64,000 nt of DNA from Eledone cirrhosa (Eukaryota): the NCBI GenBank assembly GCA_964016885.1, contig OZ024763.1, forward strand, positions 23,932,001 to 23,996,000, given 5' to 3'. The notes under the pieces are model-generated. The model was given only the letters and a program-made list of their open reading frames with translations, had not been told where the DNA came from and searched no databases. The translations under genes were made by a program, and so were the position numbers. Below are positions 52,259-64,000 of the stretch, piece by piece; position 1 is the stretch's first letter; each line of letters begins with the position of its first letter.

Positions 52259-52398
<140 letters not shown>

Positions 52399-52576
52399 TA
52401 TATATATATATATATATAGGTGATTTTAGACATAATCTTTGTGTGTTGGTATTTTAACGATAGTTATAGCTCTGATTTAATTGAATTATTGAGCCCTCTG
52501 CCACTCATGTCGGATTTGTTTATCGTAAACTCGTGAGCCGATTTTCCGATACTCGATTATTCTACTATATATATAG

Positions 52577-52607
<31 letters not shown>

Positions 52608-52734
52608 AAATGTGTGTAATCCTTGGTACAGTTAGGTATATTAAGACATGGGGGAAGAAAAAATGGCTTCACTTGTGCTTTCAACAAATTTATTTTCTTC
52701 ACAAAATCCAAAAAGAATTTTTCTTAAAACAATT

Positions 52735-53287
52735 ATTATATATTATATATATACTATATATATACTATATATATAGTATATATATATACTATATATATAT
52801 ACTATATATATATATATATATACTATATATACTATATATATATATATATATACTATATATACTATATATATATATATATACTATATATACTATATATATA
52901 TATATATACTATATATACTATATATATATATATATACTATATATACTATATATATATATATACTATATATACTATATATATATATATATACTATATATAC
53001 TATATATATATATATACTATATATACTATATATATATATATACTATATATACTATATATATATATATATACTATATATATATATATACTATATATACCAT
53101 ATATATATACTATATATACTATATATATATATATACTATATATACTATATATATATACTATATATATATATATACTATATATACTATATATATATATATA
53201 CTATATATATATATATACTATATATATACTATATATATATAAACTATATATATATATATACTATATATATACTATATATATATAAAC

Positions 53288-53325
<38 letters not shown>

Positions 53326-53692
53326 ATAGTATATATATACACTATATATATATATATATATTATATATATATATAGTATATATATACACTATATATATAT
53401 ATATACTATATATATATATATACTATATATATATACTATATATATATACTATATATATATATATACTATATATATATACTATATATATATATATACTATA
53501 TATATATATATATACTATATATATATACTATATATATATACTATATATATATATACTATATATATATATATACTATATATATATATACTATATATATACT
53601 ATATATATATATACTATATATATATATACTATATATATATATACTATATATATATATACTATATATATATATATATATACTATATATATATA

Positions 53693-53753
<61 letters not shown>

Positions 53754-53794
53754 ATATATATATTATATATATGTATATATATATTATATATATA

Positions 53795-53839
<45 letters not shown>

Positions 53840-54056
53840 ATATATATAGTATATATATATATATATATATAGTATATATATATATATATATATAGTATAT
53901 ATATATATAGTATATATATATATAGTATATATATATATATATAGTATATATATATATAGTATATATATATATAGTATATATATATATATAGTATATATAT
54001 ATATATAGTATATATATATATATATATATAGTATATATATAGTATATATATATATA

Positions 54057-54094
<38 letters not shown>

Positions 54095-54143
54095 TATATA
54101 TATAGTATATATATATATATATAGTATATATATAGTATATATA
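52735..54143. repeat. ~1.4-kb (TA)n array; TAC-punctuated left part, TAG-punctuated right part
   Basis: Direct inspection. Confidence 0.95.
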
Positions 54144-54920
54144 ACTAAGGAAAAAATTAGAAATAAGAGGGATCAGATGTTGTTTACTCGAGAGAAGGCT
54201 ACGTTGGTACGGTCACGTGATGCGCATGAAAGACGACAGCTGTATAACAAAGTGCAGGGCAATAAAGATAGACGGTAGCCACGGAGTAGGCAGACCCAGA
54301 AAAACATAGGACGAGCTGATAAATTCCGACCTCACACGCTTACACCTCTCCAAGACAATGTCACTGGACCGAGACCTTTGGCGGTACTCAGTAATAGAGA
54401 AGACCCGCCTTACCTAAATACAAAGTAAAAACCTACTACAGTCAGTAGGCATCTCTATCAAAACACACCCCCGTCCCACCACCTCCACCCCACCCACACC
54501 GCCCCTTTCAATGTAAAGTTATGTTGGTCCCACAACATCCAGGCCGAAACAAATGAGATCGTGTAGGTGTCACGACAAAAAACACACAGTCCACGCTGTA
54601 AATGTGGCCGTGTAGGCAACACGGTAAAAACCTCCCAGCCCCACACTGTAAATGTGGTTGGTGTTAGGAAGGGCATCCATCTGTAGAAAACCCGCCAGAC
54701 AGTCCACGCTGTAATGTGGCCGTGTAGGCAACACGGTAAAAACCTCCCAGCCCCACACTGTAAATGTGGTTGGTGTTAGGAAGGGCATCCAACTGTAGAA
54801 AACCCGCCAGACAGTCCTATGCGAGCAAGACAACCACTCTTGCCTCAAGTGGGAAAACCCCCGTCCAAACCCATGCAAGCGTGGAACACCGACGCTAAAC
54901 CTGATGATGATGATGATGAT
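54143..54920 (+). mobile_element. RTE 3' fragment with internal ~113-bp 3'UTR duplication
   Basis: Matches 60681-61349; in-frame stop near 54307; 54587-54700 repeated at 54700-54815. Confidence 0.9.
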
Positions 54921-54932
54921 ATATATATAGTA

Positions 54933-54963
<31 letters not shown>

Positions 54964-55571
54964 GTATATATATATAGTATATATATAGTATATATATAGT
55001 ATATATATATAGTATATATATATAGTATATATATAGTATATATATAATATATATATAGTATATATATAGTGTATATATGTAGAATATATATACATATATA
55101 TACAAACATATATATATATATACATACATTGTATATATATATACATACATACATATACATACATACATATATATACATACACATATATATACATACACAT
55201 ATATATACATACTTACATACATACTATATATATATATAAATACAAATAAATTATCGAGAATCGGAACTTCGGCCCACGAAATAACGAAAAACAATCATCG
55301 AAATGTGCGGCAAAGTGCTCAATGGTTCAGATAAACCAATATATATATATTTATATATACATACATATATGTATATATATAATATTATATAATTATATAC
55401 ACATATATATATATATATATATCATTAGGTGTATAGGAATAGTATTGTGTATACATCCAAATATTGACATACACACTATATGCATATAAACACACATACA
55501 TACATGCATTCATGCATACGTATATTCTCACATACATACACACATACATACATACATGCATTCATACATGT

Positions 55572-56415
55572 TGTGCATGGATACTTGAGGCGTAAAACAC
55601 AGACCATAGAGGGGATAAACCACTCAAAAAGCCTGGCATGGAGTTCCGACAAGTTTATGACATCACACCTTGAGGGATATCTCTATGCAATACAGGAACA
55701 AGAACTCCCTACCAAATATCTGCTGCACAAAAGAGGAGGGCCAGCAGCTGACAATAAATGTAGGCTATGTAAATCAAAGATCGAGGATGTAAGCCACATT
55801 GTTGCAGGCTGCGAAAGAATGTCATCTCGCTACTACCTCCCCATGAGACACGATGGGATAGCTAGAACCATCTGGAACGCACTTCGGAAAACAAAATTAA
55901 CAACAAACGAGGAAGAATATATTGAGACAGATGGCACTAAGGAATACTGGTGGAACCTGAAAATAAAAACTGCCACCAAATTAAAGCACAACCGGCCTGA
56001 TATTGTAGTTTGGGACCACACATTGAAAACGTGTTCTGTTGTGGAGATCAGCTGCCCACTTGATGTAAACGTTGTCAGAAAAATACAGGAGAAGGAGGAC
56101 ATCTACGGACCATTGATGAGGAGTTTACAAATCCAGTATCCAAGATACACCTTTAGCTTCATACCCATCATTATTGGTGCTACGGGTTATATACCAACCC
56201 GCTTGGACCAAAGTATGACTGAACTTGGATTTGCGGACAAAAAGCGCAGCTCCCTAATTCATAGTATACAAATGGCTGCAATAGCTGGCACCTTCAAAAT
56301 TTGCAAAACATTCTTGCGATTCAAGGGATGACAATTTCTTTTCTTTTACAACCTTGCCACCAGGAAGGTGGCCGGTCAAAAAAATATACTCAAAATTGAG
56401 AGAAAGAGAAAACAT
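55572..56415 (+). mobile_element. R4/Dong-like REL-endonuclease non-LTR element, 3' fragment, in (TACA)n
   Basis: AIQEQ, CRLC-x8-H-x4-C zinc knuckle, RHD, PDIVV..EISCP..K..Y REL motif; CATA repeats on both sides. Confidence 0.85.
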
Positions 56416-56471
56416 AAATACACATACATACATTCATACATACATACACACACTCACACACACACACACAC

Positions 56472-56912
56472 ATGGTGGCTGCCAACTCGTTTTAGAGTAC
56501 GGCCACTACTTTATATCCATGTAGAAGAACCCCTACCGAAGCGCTGAACGAGTGTGACTTTTTAGTCCAGCCAGCCACTTGAAATCTCTGGTACAAACAC
56601 TACACTTGTGACAATTATTGACACATAGTGCTGGGCCCATGGTACCATGTGATGACAAGTGCAGAGAGATCTCCAGATATAAAGCAATGCCTGTGCCGTG
56701 AAGCTTTTATAGTGAGCAAAGGCACTGCACATAGCCAGTCCCACTCTCTTAATAAAGATGATATTTACCAAAAAGAAGAACAAGACAACATCATTGGATA
56801 CCATCAGGGTTGCAGGTGTTATATCAGAGTTTTCCTTCTCCTAGAATTCTGCCTTGACAAAGGCTAAGGGGTCATCTCTCCCGGTGATTTTGGATGGCCA
56901 TTGACTCTTAAG
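56472..56912 (-). mobile_element. Repeat family C, longer copy
   Basis: Reverse complement of 16401-16790 plus ~50 bp of additional 5' sequence; flanked by (CA)n. Confidence 0.75.
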
Positions 56913-57054
56913 ACACACACACACATATATACATATATACATACATACATACATACATACGTATATCCACACACAGAGGGCATATAAACACTATGTAGAT
57001 ATATGCCTGTGTAAAAGACATCCCCATCACTACCATCATCCCCAGGAGCAGAAC

Positions 57055-59440
57055 TGCCAGCACCACCACCACCGCCACCACCACCACCACCATTGCCACC
57101 ACCTTCTTCACTGCAACCACTACCACCACTACCACCACCACCACCACCACTGCCACTACCACCACCACCACTGCCACCACCACTGCCACCACCACCACCA
57201 CCACTATCACCACCGTCACCACCACCACTACCAATGTATACCAAAACATACTAATACTACCACCGTATACCAGCACCATCTCCTCCTCCTTCTTCACTGC
57301 CACTACCACCACCACCACTGCCACCACCTTCTTCACTACCACCACCACCACTGCAACCACTACCACCACCACCACCACCACTGCCACCACCTTCTTCACT
57401 GCCACCACCACCACCACTGCCTCCAGCACCACCACCACTGCCACCACCACCACCTTCACTGCCACCACCACCACCACCACTATCACCACCGTCACCACCA
57501 CCACTACCAATGTATACCAAAACATACTAATACTACCACCGTATACCAGCACCATCTCCTCCTCTACACCACCACAATCACCACCACCACTACTACCACT
57601 ACTAAATATTAATACCAGTAGCAGCACCATCTACACCACTATACACCACAACCACGCCATCTCCTCCACTACACTATATTAACATTGCCACCACCACCAC
57701 CACCACTACTACATACTAATACTACCGCCACCACCACTACATACTAATACTACCACCACCACTACTACATACTAATACTACTACCACCACCACCACTACT
57801 ACATACTAATACTACCGCCGCCACCACCAACACCACCACAACATACTAATACTACCACCACCACCACCACTACTACATACTAATACTACCACCACCACCA
57901 CCACTACTACATACTAATACTACCGCCGCCACCACCAACACCACCACTACATACTAATACTACCACAACCACTACTACATACTAATACTACCGCCGCCAC
58001 CACCACCACCACAACATACTAATACTACCACCACCACCACCACTACTACATACTAATACTACCACCACCACCACCACTACTACATACTAATACTACCGCC
58101 GCCACCACCAACACCACCACTACATACTAATACTACCACAACCACTACTACATACTAATACTACCGCCGCCACCACCACCACCACAACATACTAATACTA
58201 CCACCACCACCACCACTACTACATACTAATACTACCACCACCACCACCACTACTACATACTAATACTACCGCCGCCACCACCAACACCACCACAACATAC
58301 TAATACTACCACCACCACCACCACTACTACATACTAATACTACCACCACCACCACCACTACTACATACTAATACTACCGCCGCCACCACCAACACCACCA
58401 CAACATACTAATACTACCACCACCACCACCACTACTACATACTAATACTACCACCACCACAACCACTACTACATACTAATACTACCGCCGCCACCACCAC
58501 CACTACTACATACTAATACTACGGCCACCACCACCACCACTACTACATACTAATACTACCGCCGCCACCACCACCACTACTACATACTAATACTACCGCC
58601 GCCACCACCACCACTACTACATACTAATACTACCGCCGCCACCACCACCACTACTACATACTAATACTACGGCCACCACCACCACCACTACTACATACTA
58701 ATACTACCACCACCACCACCACTACTACATACTAATACTACCGCCATCACCACCACCACTACTACATACTAATACTACCACCACCACCACCACTACTACA
58801 TACTAATACTACCACCACCACCACCACTACTACATACTAATACTACCGCCATCACCACCACCACTACTACATACTAATACTACGGCCACCACCACCACCA
58901 CTACTACATACTAATACTACCGCCGCCACCACCACCACCACTACATACTAATACTACCACCACCACAACATACTAATACTACCACCACCACTACTACATG
59001 CTAATACTACCACCGCCACCACCACCACCACCACTACTACATACTAATACTACCGCCATCACCACCACCACTACTACATACTAATACTACCGCCACCACC
59101 ACTACATACTAATACTACCACCACCACCACTACTACATACTAATACTACCGCCACCACCACTACATACTAATACTACCACCACCACCACTACTACATACT
59201 AATACTACCGCCACCACCACTACATACTAATACTACCACCACCACCACCACCACCACCACTACTACATACTAATACTACCGCCATCACCACCACCACTAC
59301 TACATACTAATACTACCACCACCACCACTACGACATACTAATACTACCACCACAATCATCACCACCAGCATCAGCTGCACCACCACCACCCCCCATCATC
59401 ACCACAACATACCACCACCACCACTACATAGTAATACTAC
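57055..59440. repeat. (CAC)n tract then ~27-36-bp minisatellite ACATACTAATACTA(CCA)n
   Basis: TACATACTAATACTAC marker repeated about 50 times between 57700 and 59345. Confidence 0.95.
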
Positions 59441-59642
59441 CCCCATCACCCCTGCTCCCCTCCAGGGTCCATATTTCAGAAGTATTTCCTGTCTGTGAAG
59501 AGTAACCAGGCAGCTGAGTTAACTTCTTCCATTGTTATACTCCCCCCGCACCCCCACAGCACCTCTTCTCATTTCTTTATATACATGCCTGTATTTATGT
59601 ATGTATGTATGTGAGTATATATATATATATATATATATATAC

Positions 59643-59676
<34 letters not shown>

Positions 59677-59857
59677 TCATATACATATATATATATACAC
59701 ATATATGCATATATACATATATATACAAATATATATGCATATATATATATATATATCTGTATATATACACATATATATATATGTATACACACATATATAT
59801 ATATGCACATACATACATACATATATATACATAAATATATATATATATATATATATA

Positions 59858-61349
59858 TACAAGCCATGTATAAAGAAACAGTCAGCAAGGTTAGAATTAA
59901 CAACGAATATAGTGAAGAGTTTAGCGTAAAAGTTGGCGTCCATCAGGGCTCTGTTCTCAGCCCCCTACTATTTATTATTGCCCTTCAGGCTATAACAGAG
60001 GAGTTCAAGACCGGCTGCCCATGGGAACTCCTATACGCAGACGACCTGACACTCATAGCTGAATCAATGGCCGAGCTAGAGAAGAAATTCCAAACATGGA
60101 AGCACGGCCTAGAATCAAAAGGACTTAAAATTAACCTGGCTAAGACTAAAGTTCTAGTTTGTAGGAAAGAAAATAAAGCGGCGGTCCCTTCTGGGAAATG
60201 GCCATGCTCACTGTGTAGGAAAGGCGTAGGTAGAAACTCCATTTTATGTCCCAAATGCAAAGTATGGGTGCATAAAAGATGTAGTGGGATCACAGGTAAG
60301 CTAACTAAGAACATAGATTTTACATGTGGCCGGTGCTCTGGTGCAATAAGTAGCAGCAAGTGCCCACAAAATACTAGCTCTTTCAATTGCGCAGAGGGTT
60401 CTATAGAAATAGTGGACAGCTTCCGTTACCTGGGCGACAAAATCAGCAGTGGGGGAGGGTGCTCTGAAAGTACAGTAGCTAGAGTCAGAACTGGTTGGAA
60501 AAAGTTCAGAGAGCTTATACCACTATTAGCTGCTAAAGGGTTCTCCCTAAAAATGAAAGGCAGGTTGTATGATGCCTGCATACGAAAGTGCAGAGGATAT
60601 ACGCAGACTAGAGAGGAACGAAGCTTGCATGCTCCGCTGGATGTGTAACAGTAATATACGTGAACGGCAAAGCATAAACGAACTAAGGAAAAAATTAGAA
60701 ATAAGAGGGATCAGATGTTGTTTACTCGAGAGAAGGCTACGTTGGTATGGACACGTGATGCGCATGAAAGTCGATAGCTGTATAACAAAGTGCAGGGCAA
60801 TAAAGATAGACGGTAGTCACGGAATAGGCAGACCTAGAAAAACCTGGGACGAGCTGATAAACTCCGACCTCACACACTTACACCTCTCCAAGACAATGTC
60901 ACTGGACCGAGACCTTTGGCGGTACTCAGTAACAGAGAAGACCCGCCTTACCTAAATACATAGTAAAACCTACTACAGCCAGTAGGCATCTCTAACAAAA
61001 TACACCCCGTCCCACCACCACCACCCCATCCACACCACCCCGTTCTATGTAAAGTTATGTTGGTGCAGCGCCATCCAGGCCGAAACAAATGAGATCGTGT
61101 AGGTGTCACGACAAAAAAACACACAGTCCACGCTGTAATGTGGCCGTGTAGGCAACACGGTAAAAACCTCCCAGCCCCACACTGTAAATGTGGTTGGTGT
61201 TAGGAAGGGCATCCAACTGTAGAAAACCTGCCAGACAGTCCTATGCGAGCAAGACAATCACTCTTGCCTCAAGTGGGACTACCCCCGTCCAAACCCATGC
61301 AAGCGTGGAACACGGACGTTTAAACGTTGATGATGATGATGATGATGAT
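59858..61349 (+). mobile_element. RTE LINE, 5'-truncated, with a frameshifting deletion near 60586
   Basis: [17 protein letters not shown]-like finger; AMLHGSETWAL segment missing; 3'UTR and (GAT)n tail. Confidence 0.93.
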
Positions 61350-61497
61350 ACACACATGCATATAAATATACATAAATATGTACATATATATACACATACA
61401 TATGCATATATATATATATATATATATACATATATACATACACACACATATATATACATATATATATACACACACACACACCCATATATACATATAT

Positions 61498-61528
<31 letters not shown>

Positions 61529-61771
61529 CATAAACACACACACACACATATATATATATATCCATATACATAAATATATACATATATATACACACACACA
61601 CATATATATATACACATATATATACACACACACATATATATACACACACAGACATAAATATACACACACACATATATATACACACACACACATAAATATA
61701 TATATATACATAAACACACACACACACATATATATATATATACACATATACATAAATATATACATTTATAT

Positions 61772-61802
<31 letters not shown>

Positions 61803-61808
61803 CATAAA

Positions 61809-62152
61809 TGGAGGCACATGGCTTAGTGGTTAGAGCATTGGCCTTGCAATCGAAAGATTGTGAGTTCAATTCTCAGACCGAGTGATGTGTTGTTTCCTTG
61901 AGCAAGACACTTTATTTCACATTGCTCCAGTTTACTCAGCTGTAGAAATGAGATGATAGGGACTGTGGTCCCTATCATTCCACTGCAAAGTGATTGTGGA
62001 GGTGCCACAGCAAAAAGCACCCAGCACTCTCTGTAAATGAGGTTGGTGTTAGGAAGGGCATCCAGCTGTGGAAGTCAAGCCAGAATCAGTTCCCGTCCCA
62101 CCCTTGCAAGCAGGGGAAAGTGGACGTAAAATGAAATGATGATGATGATGAT
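61809..62152 (+). mobile_element. SINE family A, full length
   Basis: A box TGGCTTAGTGG, B box GAGTTCAATTC, CCTTGAGCAAGACACT body; tail CCCGTCCCACCCTTGCAAGCAGGG..GGACGTAAAATGA matches the RTE end at 50430-50467. Confidence 0.9.
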
Positions 62153-62358
62153 AAATATATACATATATATACACACACATATACATATATATACACACAC
62201 ATATAAATATATATACATATACATAAATATATACACACACATATAAATATATATATATATATATCATCATCATCACCGTTTAACGTCCATCTTCCACGCT
62301 AGCATGGGTTTGGACGGGAATTTTCCCACTTGAAGCAAGATTGGTTGTCTTGCTCGTA

Positions 62359-62399
<41 letters not shown>

Positions 62400-62424
62400 G
62401 GATAAAATACCATTGTGCTATTTG

Positions 62425-62722
62425 TTCCAGCTCTTTACATTCTGAGTTCAAATCCAGCAGAAGTTAACTTTTCCCTTTATCCTATCAGGGGTTGATGAAA
62501 TAAAGTAGCAGTTACGTAATGGGGTAAAATATATCTATCTTTCCTACCTCATCACCAATTATTGCCCTTGTGTTGAAATTACAAATCAATATAAGTTTCA
62601 AGTTAAACATTTCATAATTGTTTCTACTTTAGGCACAAGGCCAGCAATTCACCAGTTCATTACTGGTACTTTATTTTATCGACCCTGTAAGGATGAAAGG
62701 CAAAGGTAACCTCGGCGGGATG
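62425..62722. mobile_element. Two SINE family B fragments, tail to tail
   Basis: + copy 62425-62590, - copy 62615-62722. Confidence 0.7.
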
Positions 62723-62759
62723 AACATTTCATAATGAGCAGATTTGTATTATCTTATCT

Positions 62760-63708
62760 CATCTTAGGTGAGACAGTAAGCAGAACTTCACACCAAGTCT
62801 GTTTCCCATCAAGGTCTGTAGATCTTCCTTATGAGTTCCTGTATCTCTTAGGTGAGACAGCAAGCACAACTTCACACCAACAGTCTCTGTTTCCCTATCA
62901 AGGTCTGTAGGTCTTCCTGTGTCTCTTATGTGAGACAGCAAACACAACTTAACACCAACAGTCTATATTTCACTATCAAGGTCTGTAGGTCTTCCTGTAT
63001 CTCTTATGTGAGACAGCAAACACAACTTCACACCAACAGTCTCTGTTTCCCTATCAAGGTCTGTAGGTCTTCCTGTGTCTCTTATGTGAGACAGCAAACA
63101 CAACTTAACACCAACAGTCTATATTTCACTATCAAGGTCTGTAGGTCTTCCTGTGTCTCTTATGTGAGACAGCAAACACAACTTCACACCAACAGTCTCT
63201 GTTTCCCTATCAAGGTCTGTAGGTCTTCCTGTATCTCTTATGTGAGACAGCAAGCACAACTTCACACCAACAGTCTCTGTTTCCCTATCAAGGTCTGTAG
63301 GTCTTCCTGTGTCTCTTATGTGAGACAGCAAACACAACTTAACACCAACAGTCTATATTTCACTATCAAGGTCTGTAGGTCTTCCTGTGTCTCTTATGTG
63401 AGACAGCAAACACAACTTCACACCAACAGTCTCCGTTTCCCTATCAAGGTCTGTAGGTCTTCCTGTGTCTCTTATGTGAGACAGCAAACACAACTTAACA
63501 CCAACAGTCTATATTTCACTATCAAGGTCTGTAGGTCTTCCTGTGTCTCTTATGTGAGACAGCAAACACAACTTAACACCAACAGTCTATATTTCACTAT
63601 CAAGGTCTGTAGGTCTTCCTGTGTCTCTTATGTGAGACAGCAAACACAACTTCACACCAACAGTCTCTGTTTCCCTATCAAGGTCTGTAGGTCTTCCTGT
63701 GTCTCTTG
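62760..63708. repeat. 78-bp minisatellite, ~12 copies
   Basis: GTGAGACAGCAA recurs every 78 bp (62852, 62930, 63008...). Confidence 0.95.
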
Positions 63709-64000
63709 CTATGATAGCCTGACATCTAAGCTTTCTGGTAGAGGAGATCTCCCACAACAAGAGGTCTAGAACTATCTCATCCTTTGCGCAGAAGCAATGA
63801 AAAGCAAACCTTGTATTTAATCAGTCGTGCACATACTTTGGGGATTTTTCTGTATATCTGATTAAGTTGGGATGGGCCTGTCAAGAAATATGCTGGTCCT
63901 TTCTCAGAATGGTAATGTAACATCTATCTAAATGTCTCTATAGACAAGAGTGCAAGGTCCAAGTCTCAGAACCATAGAGGAGACTAGATTCTACTGTTGT

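Noticed and set aside
61809-61880. tRNA gene
   Set aside because: The A/B boxes are the head of a multi-copy SINE and continue into its body; no complete cloverleaf or terminator

Overview
AT-rich eukaryotic DNA, dominated by microsatellites, minisatellites and retroelements. The repeat landscape (RTE LINEs with (GAT)n tails, tRNA-derived SINEs, vast (TA)n tracts) suggests a cephalopod such as an octopus; this is inference. One host gene is visible: five minus-strand exons (40779 to ~20554) that splice in frame into a TNF-receptor-like protein with cysteine-rich repeats, a transmembrane helix and the start of a cytoplasmic domain. Its 5' and 3' ends were not found. Mobile elements include several RTE copies carrying a PHD-like finger, a CR1-group LINE with an intact APE-RT ORF, an R4/Dong-like REL-endonuclease fragment, a Penelope-like element (RT + C-terminal GIY-YIG), at least two SINE families and a piggyBac-type MITE. 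The most notable hidden layer is a dense set of minimal type I hammerhead ribozyme motifs: about 9 with complete cores, plus degenerate and half copies. They belong to several unrelated sequence families and mostly abut (TA)n. They occur as a 474-nt tandem (retrozyme-like), as back-to-back foldback pairs, and as the inverted termini of the Penelope-like element. Most long ORFs in the supplied track are translations of simple repeats. All structures were read by eye, and element boundaries are approximate.
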